DNA of 64,000 nucleotides from positions 20,460,001-20,524,000 of the forward strand of contig CATNEN010000001.1 in assembly GCA_950097015.1 (NCBI GenBank), in the 5' to 3' direction. Each line of letters starts with the position of its first letter. Positions within the stretch are counted from its first letter, which is position 1. Made by a program: the position numbers and the translations under genes. The notes beneath the pieces are model-generated. The model was not told where the DNA came from and ran no database searches. It saw only the letters and a list, made by a program, of their open reading frames with translations. This DNA comes from Macrostomum hystrix. Lineage: Eukaryota > Animalia > Platyhelminthes. Positions 48,399 through 61,100 of the stretch are shown piece after piece.

Positions 48399-51300
48399 AA
48401 AAGCGGCATAATTGCCAATAGGATCGCATTGGTACATCTTGGTCCACTGCGGTCCGTACTCCAGGCGGTCAAGGTACCAGCAGGTGCTGTAGAGAACCCG
48501 ATAGCCGGCCTGGGCCACAGTGGCCACATCCAGCGCCTCGCCCTTCCAGACCTGGACTATGGTGCCCGGCTTCAACTGCGGAAGTGAATGGATAAGGTTA
48601 GTTTAGATATGAATGCTTGTCTTACTATAAACTTTAGCAGATACAATACACAGAACTATACACCGCTGCTATGGGCTTGCATATAAAAACATTTAGCTTT
48701 AAGTTTCTTCGAAATTAGATAGGACATACTCGCATGAGGTAAGAAAACTGCATCGATTATGGATCATCGATTTATTAAGACTATGATTAATTAAATGGAT
48801 TGTGTAAAACACAGTGCGGATGAGAAGGCGAAATATAAGAAAATGACAACATTTCCAGAGATAACGAGAGATAGGGAGATAAGAGGATAGATGGGGAGAG
48901 ATATGAGGAGGAGGAGGGTGGGTAGATGAGGAAAACTAAACTTCTTATTTATAGACTATACGAGACTATCGTGCCACAAAATTTTACCATAGACAAAAGA
49001 GCTACCGATATAACCGCAACCAAGCAGAGGCCGATTAATCACCAGTTATTGCATACCAAGACGAAAATTATCAAGTAAAGTTAGATACTCACAACAGACA
49101 CTGTCAGATACGACAGTCACATTGTAATTAACCAATTTTTATTAAACTGAAATCAATTGTAGAGTTTAGAGCAGCTCAGATACCTCTGATATTAAACTCA
49201 CATGAAGATATGATATTAGTAAAGCCAAGTAAAAAGCTGAATAAAGAATAACTGTGCCCCATAATGCTAGCGCAATTGATTAGTTTAAAAATCACTCACC
49301 ATAACACCATGGTCGTAGGCCTCTTGCCACACAATGAAGCCGCGCTTTTTAGTCGGCACATCAGCCGCTATCGATGTGATGATGTTCTGTAGCCTGCGAT
49401 ATGGCATTTTATAAGAATTGTTCTCTTAATTACAAGCATAATGTTCTCTCGTCAGCCACTAAACTTATATTCCGCTGACTCCTGAGCACATACGCTGACA
49501 CACGTGTACATCTGCACCAACTGATCCAGATGCCTTGCAGTTTGGCCCTTACTGGCGCAAGTTGCGCGAAAAGCCCTTAAGCCTTCTCTCTGCGGCTGCA
49601 CCTCAAATGTCCATGGACATTGTAAAACGATGGTAGCACCCATTTAAGAGCTGGATGAACTGAAGCAATGCCGAGTTAAGCGTCTTGCTAAATGGCACAA
49701 ATTTTGTTTTAGTGTAGTCGGGAATCGAACCTCCGACCTTTAAGTCGTGAGTCCAACGCTCTAACCACTAGGCTACAACCCCCCAGCTGTACATGAACCC
49801 CTTCACTAAAGAGACAACTCACCTTCTGAAATAATAATCAATCAGTTGATCGGTTCTCACGAAGCCGAAGTCGTTTCGCATTTTGGCCACCTGCGGGTTA
49901 CCCTCCCTGCGAATGAAACGGAAATCAAAGCTAGCAATGAAAGCCTTCAGCACAGTGAGAGTTGAACAAAAATATAAAACACCTGTGCCGACATCCTTAC
50001 CAACAAGATGTTCCAACTTCATCTGCGCCCAAATGAATATAATTGTCTTTAAAGACGGAGACTATTTCTGTGTACAATTTTCTAAGAAACTCGTAGGTAG
50101 TATTGAAGGCCGGATTCATGGGACCATAGAAGCCAGTCCATCGACGCGCATAGTTGTAACACTTCGTAAAGATTTCTGGATAGCCTAGTGACCAGCTGTG
50201 CGTGTGACCTGCAGTTTTCATTGCCATCATTTTTAGTCGCTTTTTTACAGTACTACTTACAGTAGGGTGCTGGAGGGATGGTCACAGTAGGGAGTGTACA
50301 TTGGGGGAGCGGGGAGGTCACAGCAGGGAGTGTACATTGGTGGAGGTCACAGCTTGGAGTGTACATTGGGGGAGGTCACAGCAGGGAGTGTACAGTGGGG
50401 GAGGTCACAGCAGGGAGTGTACAGTGGGGGAGGTCACAGCAGGGAGTGTACATTGGTGGAGGTCACTGCAGGGAGTGTACATTGGTGGAGGTCTTAGCAG
50501 GGAGTGTACATTGGGAGAGGTCACAGCATGGAGTGTACATTGGGGGAGGTCACAGTAGGGAGTGTACATTGGGGGAGGTCACAGTAGGGAGTGTACATTG
50601 GGGGAGGTCACAGCAGGGAGTGTACATTGGGGAGGTCACATCAGGGAGTGTACATTGGTGGAAGTCACAGCAGAGAGTGTACACTGGGAGAGGTCACAGT
50701 ATGGAGTGTACATTGGGGGAGGTCACAGCAGGGAGTGTACATTGGGGGAGGTCACAGCAGGGAGTGTACATTGGGGGAGGTCACAGCAGGGAGTGTACAT
50801 TGCTGGCCGGTGCTAATCTACTCAGAGTATGCTCAAACGAAAATGTGAAGCCTACCAGGTGTATCGAACTCAGGAATGACGCGAATGCCTCGAAGTCTGG
50901 CGTACTCAATAATTTCTAGAATATCAGACAATGTGTAGATGCTACTGGAATCGTAGGCACCCTGCGTGAAGAAGAATGGGTACAAAGTGTTATTTTTGAC
51001 CGCTTGGCTTGCAGGTAAACAAAAATCAGTGAAGCTTAAGTCCTAGCATTACCTTCTCCGATAATTTTGGCAGTGCAACACTCTGATAAGGAAATGACTG
51101 ATCGTCCACAATGTGCCAGTGAAAGACATTTAACTTGTTCATCTCCATTGCGTCCTGTGAAATTAATGAATTAATTGATGCAATAGTTAAAAAAATCGCA
51201 TTGTCCTACAAATACTACTATAAACAGTGTTAAAAAAAACACTAACCAGATTCCGTTTCAAAGTGGACAGCCTCAGATAGTGTCTGGACGTGTCCACTAG

Positions 51301-53436
51301 CAGGCCGCGATGCTTAAATCGCGGTTTGTCGTATATTTTAGTGCAGTTAACGTACAACTGTGAATTGATTTGTGAGAAATAGCTATGCATTAAATATCAG
51401 GTTCAAACTATATTAACACAAGACTTGAGATTGAGAGAATAAATTGTAGATTGACAGAAATGACGTGAAATTGAAAGAAGATATGAGAGACTGAGAGAAG
51501 AGATGGGACAATGAGAGAAGAGATGGGACAATGAGGGAAGAGATGGGACAATGAGGGAAGAGATGGGACAATGAGGGAAAAGATGGGAGACAGAGAGACG
51601 AGATGAAAGATTAAGAGAAGAGATGGAAGACTGAGAGAAGAGATGGGAGATTGAGGGAAGAGATGGGAGATTGAGGGAAGAGAAGGGAGATTGAGAGAAG
51701 AGATGGGAGATTGAGGGAAGAGATAGGAGATTGAGGGAAGAGATAGGAGATTGAGGGAAGAGATGGGAGATTGAGGGAAGAGATGGGAGATTGAGGGAAG
51801 AGATAGGAGATTGAGGGAAGAGATAGGAGATTGAGGTAAGAGATAGGAGATTGAGGGAAGAGATAGGAGATTGAGGGAAGAGATGGGAGATTGAGAGAAG
51901 AGATAGGAGATTAAGGGAAAAGATGATAAAATGAGAGAGGAGATTGAGAAAGGAGATGAGAAACTGAGAGAATAGATAGGAGTCTGAGAGAAGAGATGAG
52001 GAGACGAAAGACCATTCCAAAGACTCACGGCGCCATCCTCTGTCTGCCAGACCAGCTGGCTGAATGTCTCGAGGCCCCTGAGCACACCCCAGGGCTCTTG
52101 AGCAGACAGAGAAGACTCGGACACGCCAATGTGGAGACTGTCTGCAAGTGATTCATGTGATTAAAAATTGCTGTTACAACAAGCAAAAATGTGTTGAAAT
52201 GGCCGTTTTTATCAGTATCAGGGAGGGATGTAACTCCCAACCTAGGGGATCTGGGAGGGATTTAATCCCTAGATGGGGATCTGGGAGGGATCGATTACAG
52301 AATATTGGGTATCTGAAAGATGTTTTCCCAACGTGAAGGATTTGAAAGGGATCTGATGCCCAACCTGAGGATCTGAAATGGATATTATTCCCAATTTGAG
52401 GGATCTGAAAGAATCTTATCTCAACCTGAGGATCAAGATCCCACGTCCCGAGTCCCATCGCAGTTCCAGCAGCAGAACTCACAGCTCTCGTCCATATCTA
52501 AGCTAGGCATGAGCGGTGCCTTGTAGTCGGCCTGGCCAGTCGCTGGCCTCGGCAGCCGGATTCTCAGCTGTGTCAGCCTGCCCACAGCTGCCGATATAGG
52601 CGGACGGGCTGCTGACACGCTGACAGCCCGCTTGTCAATAATGACAGTTCGATAGCGCTGAAAGGCGGCAGTTAAAAGCTCAGCAATGGCCTGGTAAGCA
52701 TCAGAATTGGCTGACTTGACCAACTGAAAGCTGAACTCAGCGGGCACAATGCTCAGAAGCTGAGCTTGACTGGCGCCCTGCAGGCTTGGCGTCTGACGCT
52801 TAGGCCGGGGCCAGGCCTGCCCGAGGGTTGGAAACGGAGCGCGCCACACGTGAAACTCCGTGTCCGGCGCGTCCACCAGGGCGAAGTTGCTCTCGCCAGA
52901 CTGTACGACATCGTCTGGCACCGGCAGCTGCGGCGACAGGTCTTGCTGCTGCTGCTGCTTCTGCTGTCTCCAGTTCAGCTGGTCAGAAATGACCGCCTGC
53001 TGCTGTTGCGGTCGAGTCGGATACGGGATCGGCTGCCCAGCAACCTGCCGCAGATTCACAGCCTGCTCCTGCTAGGAACAGTGCCGAGATGCTGCTTTTA
53101 GATGCTATTTTTAACTCGCCTAACCGTTCGGACTGGACATTCACCATTGGCAAACAGAGGAATAACCGATGAATGAGCCACATCAACTTACCCATTTACA
53201 CACTCACTCCTCACTCCCCACTCACTCACTAACTCAATCAGTCACTCATCCTTCCACTCACTCACTCACCCTCATACTTACTCACCCACTCACTCGCTCG
53301 CTCATTCACTCAGTCAGTCAACACTAAAGTCAAAACCAAGCAGAATACAAATAGCTGCACCAACCTGGCTTAACAGGCAGGGCAGGAACACAGCCAGCAG
53401 TACACCTGCAGGCCGCAGCAGTGCCGTGATGGTCAT
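46498..53436 (-). CDS. HEXB: Beta-hexosaminidase (GH20, HEXA/HEXB-like) with a C-terminal hydrophobic extension
   Basis: Exons 53436-53365 (signal peptide [24 protein letters not shown]), 53071-52483, 52141-52029, 51357-51247, 51154-51053, 50961-50856, 50208-50001, 49906-49823, 49393-49300, 48575-48226, 47182-46498. Motifs [73 protein letters not shown] and AVAERLWS. Alpha versus beta subunit cannot be resolved. Confidence 0.93.
47200..48138. repeat. 24/23-bp compound minisatellite GGTGTGGTATTGTG(TGTGGTACTC|ACGGCATTC)
   Basis: Last hexosaminidase intron. Confidence 0.97.
49470..49784 (-). mobile_element. tRNA-derived SINE family B head and core joined to a family A-like 3' body
   Basis: Minus strand reads GGGGTTGTAGCCTAGTGGTTAGAGCG...GGTTCGATTCCC...TTGCTTCAGTTCATCCAGCTCTTAAATGGG, then sequence similar to the family A 3' half. 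Confidence 0.8.
50278..50802. repeat. 29-bp minisatellite GAGGTCACAGCAGGGAGTGTACATTGGGG
   Basis: Direct reading. Confidence 0.95.
51480..51990. repeat. 20-bp minisatellite GAAGAGATRGGAGATTGAGG
   Basis: Direct reading. Confidence 0.93.
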
Positions 53437-53925
53437 TAAACAAGCGTGACGGAAGCTATGCCGGTCGATCCGGCAAAATTTCAGGCTTGTTCAGGCGGAA
53501 TCCAGACCGGCTGAACGGCGGGTTGCAGCTGCTGTTTAGTTGGTCAATTTTTGTTGTTTTAAAGAAGTGAAATTATTTTTCTGCAAAAAACCGCGGACTA
53601 GGTTGGGTTCTAGCGGCACTGAAATGCGTAATTCTTTTATAAATACCTTCTGTATCAGTATAGTAAGTTTTAGGAAAGGAAATTGTAGGAAAGTATTAGT
53701 TTGGGATGGAGTTAAAGAGGATAGAATTTTTCAGAATATGGACAGTTTTTAAGGGCTATTTTGGGAAGTATGAGTTTAACAAGATGGGAAGTTAAGTTGG
53801 GGTTAGTTTGAGAAGGCAGATTTGGGAAGATAGGCATGCTGGGACGATATGGAAGTTTAGGAGAGGTGTTTGTGAAAGGAAAAGTTTGGGGTCGGTTTTC
53901 TTGAGGGGGATTTCGGGATAGGGCA

Positions 53926-54256
53926 GGGTGTGAGTGGCAGAGCGGTCTGAAGCGTTTGCCTCTCGAAACCAAGGTCCCCGAGCTCGATTCCACGGCGAGG
54001 CCACATTCATTTGGGGCGCAGCCGCGGAGAGAAGGCTTGGGGGCTTGTCGTGTAATTTACGCCCTTGAGGGCCAACCTCCAAGGCGCAGTGAGTGTACAC
54101 TGCCTGACGATGAGAAAGTCAGGGCAGGTGTACACACCTGTGTGAGTATGTGCTCAGGATTCAGCGCAATGGGCAGAGTTGCCTCCTCGCTGGCTGCGGG
54201 TCTGGTGTCACCGAACGATGTGCCATTGCTTGCAGCCCTCCTGCAATTATTATTAT
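53926..54256 (+). mobile_element. tRNA-derived SINE family A, full length
   Basis: A box TGGCAGAGCGG, degenerate B box GCTCGATTCC and 3' ATTATTATTAT tail. Confidence 0.9.
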
Positions 54257-54806
54257 CGGGAAGCGGAGGTTTGGGAAGATGGGAAGTTTTGGGAAGGGAA
54301 AGTTAGGCAATCATGGCAAGTTTCGACTTACATTAACAAACTGTGACTGTGGCGTAAATAGTAAAACACCAGGCTCAAGCCAAGTATAAAGCTCTATATT
54401 CATAAAAAGCACGGACGGAAGAACAAACAGTAACAATAGACTTGAATAAATATATTTAAGAAAAATGTTAACTACTACTGATTAAGTTAGTAGGTAGGTC
54501 CGAAAAAGTTACACTACAACTAATGGAAGAATTAAACCAGTCCAAAAGGACACAGGTTAAAAATTAGCACGCAAACAATAGGAATCAATCAAAACTAAAA
54601 ATAGATTTTTAATTCAACAATTTGAGCATTCTAAAATGCAGTTTTATACAGTTTTTTATCTATAAAGAATTTCTCGAGTCGAAACAATTGTGCAAGCAAC
54701 AATTTGTACAACCATGTAACACCTGCAAATAAATTAAGGACACTTGCAAAGTAAAAAAACTGCCTTTTAAAAGTTACTTGAAACATTGGAATTTAAAACA
54801 AACGCC

Positions 54807-55085
54807 AGGAGGAATGTAGCCTAATGGTAAAAGCCTCGAAGTCACTAATTGAAGGTTGGGAGTTCGATTCCCAACTCCAGTGGAACAATTTATAGCCCTT
54901 AGCAGCAAGACACTTGAATCCAAATTGCTTCAGTTCACCCAGCCGTTAAATGGGTACCATGCTGGGGCTAATTGAGGGTGGGTGTTGGCATCTCCCCAGT
55001 CCATGGACTGAACAGCTGTACGCAGTCTTCAGATGCGCCGCGCAATAGCTGCGGCTGTGCTGTCGGCTGCACATCTGGCCCCATT
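54807..55085 (+). mobile_element. tRNA-derived SINE family B (antisense in the MO25 3' UTR region)
   Basis: A box TAGCCTAATGG, B box GTTCGATTCCC and core TTGCTTCAGTTCACCCAGCCGTTAAATGGGTACC. Confidence 0.8.
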
Positions 55086-55190
55086 ATTTAAACAACACGA
55101 AAAAGTAGAAACAAAAACAACCAAGGAAATTTACAGGCACAAATCTAATAGAATAATTTGTTTGAAAAGCTCATCAAAGCAATTCAAGTC

Positions 55191-58100
55191 TCAAATGTCA
55201 GTCCCAGGTGCTGCTGGATGCATAGCCGGGCGCAGTTCTTGAATCTGTCGAATCAGGTACAATTTCTCCTCGTTGAACTGACTGTCCGACTGTCTGTCTG
55301 GTTGGAAGCGTTGCAGAAAATCAACCAGGCGTTCCTGATTTTGCACTAGGATATTGTGAATAGCCAGCGGCTTGTTCGGATTGGCTACAAAAACCTACGG
55401 ACAGAGAGAGCGGATGCCTCGATTATGACTTGCATGACCTTATTACCTATCAATCAAATCATTTTCAGTCTAAATAAATTCAGTAGAACTAGCTGCTCAG
55501 TGCTCAGCGCCAGTCACAATCTGGTTTGAGTAGGACTCAACCGGCTACGACAGCGCTTGATGCGACAGGCCATTGCGTGACTTGACTATCGAGACAGGTC
55601 TGTTTTCCCTCTCTCTCCTCTCTCTCTAGCACCCTGGGCAGAGATCATGGAACAGTGCATCAGGTTCCTTGAATCAATTCTTACCAGAAATTCTTGATGC
55701 CGATTTCTCATATATTTACCATTCTACTCAAGCCACGCACCAAACAGAATTATATTAGGCTTGCTTATCATTTCCTGTCAGCACTAGTTCTCTTGTCTTG
55801 CTTCCTTACTCCCATCTGTCTCCAGTTTCCAACATTATCTCTTATCTCCCCTGTCTTATCCTACATCCTCTCTTATCTCCCCTGCCTTATCCTACATCCT
55901 CTCTTATCTCCCCTGCCTTATCCTACATCCTCTCTTATCTCCCCTGCCTTATCCTACATCCTCTCTTATCTCTCCCCTGCCTTATCCTACATCCTCTCTT
56001 ATCTCCCCTGCCTTATCCTACATCCTCTCTTATCTCTCCCCTGCCTTATCCTACATCCTCTCTTATCTCTCCCCTGCCTTATCCTACATCCTCTCTTATC
56101 TCTCCCCTGCCTTATCCTACATCCTCTCTTATCTCTCCCCTGCCTTATCCTACATCCTCTCTTATCTCTCCCCTGCCTTATCCTACATTATCTCCCCTGC
56201 CTTATCCTACATCCTCTCTTATCTCTCCCCTGCCTTATCCTACATCCTCTCTTATCTCTCCCCTGCCTTATCCTACATTATCTCCCCTGCCTTATCCTAC
56301 AGGGGAGATAGCTTAACTGTGCCCAAGGTAAACAATGCTATATAGAGAGAGCTACACTGACTTGCTTAAATTATGATAAAATTAAAATCTCTATTATCGG
56401 AAGATACAAATTTATTAACACTATAATGAGTCTAATTGTCTATATACCCAATTATACTACCCGGAAACGAAAAAACACAAGTACTTTTTAAGACAGGACT
56501 AAATAGTAAATCTTAAAAGTCCTACAAACAGACAGTGCCAAACATGTTACTTGTTTTATAGCCCTATCTGTTTGAACCGTTAATCCCATAAATTTATTTT
56601 TATTAATTCTAAAACAACAAAGAACAAGGCCCACTACTGTAATAAAAAAATTACTAGTCAACATTAAACCTCATTTAAAAATCTACCTGAAATCTCATTC
56701 GAATCTACCTAAAATCTCATCCGAATCTACCACAATTCTCATTCAAATCTACCTAAAATCTCATTCGAATCTACCACAAATCTCATCCGAATCTACACTA
56801 AACCTAATTCAAATCTACCTAAAATCTCATTCGAATCTACCACAAATCTCATTCGAATCTAACACAAATCTCATTCGAATCTACCACAAATCTCATCCGA
56901 ATCTACACTAAACCTAATTTAAATCGACATAAAATCTCATTCGAATCTACCACAAATCTCATCCGAATCTACACTAAACCTAATTCAAATCTACCTAAAA
57001 TCTCATTCAAATCTACCTAAAATCTCATTCAAATCTACCTAAAATCTCATCCGAATCTACCACAAATCTCATTCGAATCTACCTCAAATCTCATCCGAAT
57101 CTACCAAAAATCTCATCCGAATCTACACTAAACCTAATTCAAATCTACCTAAAATCTCATTCAAATCTACCTAAAATCTCATTCAAATCTACCTAAAATC
57201 TCATCCGAATCTACCACAAATCTCATTCGAATCTACCTCAAATCTCATCCGAATCTACCTCAAATCTCATTCGAATCTACCTCAAATCTCATCCGAATCT
57301 ACCACAAATATTATTCAAATCTACCTAGAATCTCATTGAAATCTACCTTAAATCAAAGTTGAATCTACCTCGAATTTTACTTAAATCTACATCAAATCAT
57401 ATTAAAATCTACCCCAAATCTAATTGAGATATAGCGACCTATAGCTCATTTTCAGAAAAAGATTTAGAAATCGAACCTTAAAACAGTGAAAGGCTTCGAA
57501 AGCGATTTGTCTCTGCCGGCTCTTCAGTGCGTTCATGATTGGCTTGAGATTGTCAGCGCTGCCAATGTACTTGGTCATGACAGTGTAGTTGTGACGGTCC
57601 AACAGGATTTCGCCTAGAAGCTGAAATAAGGACACAAAACTCAACTGCGCATTGGACAGATGATGAGTGAAATGTTTATCTGACATTTGCTAGCTTTACA
57701 TTTGTCTATATGGATATGTGTAAGCAGAAAGCGCAATTTATCATTAGTTTCATTCGGCTATATGCAATGCTTCTCTTCTAAAACAATAGAAACCAAAATC
57801 ATGAAAATGGAATTAAAAATTAAACTGAAGAAAATTATGGGATAAACGCATTATCTTTGCGTTAAAAATCGGGCTGCAGGACTAAGCTAGGGTGACAAGA
57901 TTAATTATAAAGGGATTAACGAATTATGCTGGGATTATAAGATAAACGGATTTTGTGATTTACAAAATATGCAAGGATTACAAGATGAACGGATTGTAGG
58001 ATTAACACACTATGCAAGGATTACAAGATGAACGGATTATAGGATTAACACACTATGCAAGGATTACAAGATGAACGGATTGTAGGATTAACACACTATG

Positions 58101-61100
58101 CAAGGATTACAAGATGAACGGATTATAGGATTAACACACTATGCAAGGATTACAAGATGAACGGATTGTAGGATTAACACACTATGCAAGGATTACAAGA
58201 TGAACGGATTGTAGGATTAACACACTATGCAAGGATTACAAGATGAACGGATTATAGGATTAACACACTATGCAAGGATTACAAGATGAACGGATTGTAG
58301 GATTAGCACACTATGCAAGGATTACAAGATGAACGGATTGTAGGATTAACACACAATGCAAGGATTACAAGATGAACGGATTGTAGGATTAACACACTAT
58401 GCAAGGATTACAAGATGAACGGATTGTAGGATTAACACACAATGCAAGGATTACAAGATGAACGGATTGTAGGATTAACACACAATGCAAGGATTACAAG
58501 ATGAACGGATTGTAGGATTAACACACTATGCAAGGATTACAAGATGAACGGATTGTAGGATTAACACACTATGCAAGGATTACAAGATGAACGGATTGTA
58601 GGATTAACACACTATGCAAGGATTACAAGATGAACGGATTGTAGGATTAACACACTATGCAAGGATTACAAGATGAACGGATTGTAGGATTAACACACTA
58701 TGCAAGGATTACAAGATGAACGGATTGTAGGATTAACACACTATGCAAGGATTACAAGATGAACGGATTGTAGGATTAACACACTATGCAAGGATTACAA
58801 GATGAACGGATTGTAGGATTAACACACTATGCAAGGATTACAAGATGAACGGATTGTAGGATTAACACACTATGCAAGGATTACAAGATGAACGGATTGT
58901 AGGATTAACACACTATGCAAGGATTACAAGATGAACGGATTATAGGATTAACACACTATGCAAGGATTACAAGATGAACGGATTATAGGATTAACACACA
59001 ATGCAAGGATTACAAGATGAACGGATTGTAGGATTAACACACTATGCAAGGATTACAAGATGAACGGATTGTAGGATTAACACACTATGCAAGGATTACA
59101 AGATGAACGGATTGTAGGATTAACACACAATGCAAGGATTACAAGATGAACGGATTGTAGGATTAACACACTATGCAAGGATTACAAGATGAACGGATTA
59201 TAGGATTAACACACTATGCAAGGATTACAAGATGAACGGATTGTAGGATTAACACACTATGCAAGGATTACAAGATGAACGGATTGTAGGATTAACACAC
59301 TATGCAAGGATTACAAGATGAACGGATTGTAGGATTAACACACTATGCAAGGATTACAAGATGAACGGATTGTAGGATTAACACACTATGCAAGGATTAC
59401 AAGATGAACGGATTGTAGGATTAACACACTATGCAAGGATTACAAGATAAGCTAATTAAAGTATATGCTGGATCTAGAATTTATAGAATGAAAGGTACTA
59501 ATTCTCACCTTGAGAGCTTGCCTCTTTGTCACATAGTTCTCCGACTCAATTAGTCGTTTATAATTGTCGAAAAATTCCGAATAATTCTGTTCCAAGAAGC
59601 GAGCAACCATGGCCTTATGCCTAGTTAGCAGATCTTTGAGTGTAGTGAACGCATCCGAGCTCACATCGAAGGCAGTACCGTGGACGTGATCGAATAGCTT
59701 GTAGAAGCCGGCAGGGTCCCGCAGGAAAGCTTCGGCGACGCGTTCGTGACGAAACGTTTCGCGTAGCATGCCGCCGAATGTGATGGCGTGTTCCGGCCTG
59801 TGGTAGCCGTCAACCAGCTTGTAAAGCACCTGCAGTAGGAATCGGGTCGATTTGAGTCAAGGCCTGGGTCGAGCTTGCTTTGAATTAGGGTCAAGGGGTG
59901 GCTGGGTCAAGCTAGATTCTAAGATGTGGGTCAAGGGGTGGCTGGGTCAAGCTAGATTATTCTAAGATGTGGGTCAAGGCGTGGCTGGGTCAAGCTAGAT
60001 TATTCTAAGATGTGGGTCAAGGCGTGGCTGGGTCAAGCTAGATTCTAAGATGTGGGTCAAGGGGTGGCTGGGTCAAGCTAGATTATTCTAAGATGTGGGT
60101 CAAGGCGTGGCTGGGTCAAGCTATATTCTAAGATGTGGGTCAAGGGGTGGCTGGGTCATGCTAGATTCTAAGATGTGGGTCAAGGGGTGGCTGGGTCAAG
60201 CTAGATTATTCTAAAATGTGGGTCAAGGGGTGGCTGGGTCAAGCTAGATTATTCTAAAATGTGGGTCCAGGGGTGGCTGGGTCAAGCTAGATTATTCTAA
60301 AATGTGGGTCAAGGGGTGGCTGGGTCAAGCTAGATTATTCTAAGATGTGGGTCAAGGCGTGGCTGGGTCAAGCTAGATTCTAAGATGTGGGTCAAGGGGT
60401 GGCTGGGTCAAGCTAGATTCTAAGATTTGGGTCAAGGGGTGGCTGGGTCAAGCTAGATTATTCTAAGATGTGGGTCAAGGCGTGGCTGGGTCAAGCTAGA
60501 TTCTAAGATGTGGGTCAAGGGGTGGCTGGGTCATGCTAGATTCTAAGATGTGGGTCAAGGGGTGGCTGGGTCAAGCTAGATTATTCTAAAATGTGGGTCA
60601 AGGGGTGGCTGGGTCAAGCTAGATTATTCTAAAATGTGGGTCCAGGGGTGGCTGGGTCAAGCTAGATTCTAAGATGTGGGTCAAGGGGTGGCTGGGTCAA
60701 GCTAGATTATTCTAAGATGTGGGTCAAGGCGTGGCTGGGTCAAGCTAGATTATTCTAAGATGTGGGTCAAGGCGTGGCTGGGTCAAGCTAGATTCTAAGA
60801 TGTGGGTCAAGGGGTGGCTGGGTCAAGCTAGATTATTCTAAGATGTGGGTCAAGGCGTGGCTGGGTCAAGCTAGATTCTAAGATGTGGGTCAAGGGGTGG
60901 CTTGGTCAAGCTAGATTCTAAGATGTGGGTCAAGGGGTGGCTGGGTCAAGCTAGATTCTTAGATGTGGGTCAAGGGGTGGCTGGGTCATGCTAGATTCTA
61001 AGATGTGGGTCAAGGGGTGGCTGGGTCAAGCTAGATTCTTAGATGTAGGTCAAGGGGTGGCTGGGTCAAGCTAGATTCTTAGATGTGGGTCAAGGGGTGG

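Noticed and set aside
49710-49784. Possible tRNA genes here and at 53926 and 54807
   Set aside because: A and B boxes are present, but acceptor and anticodon stems do not pair and each continues into a repeated SINE body.
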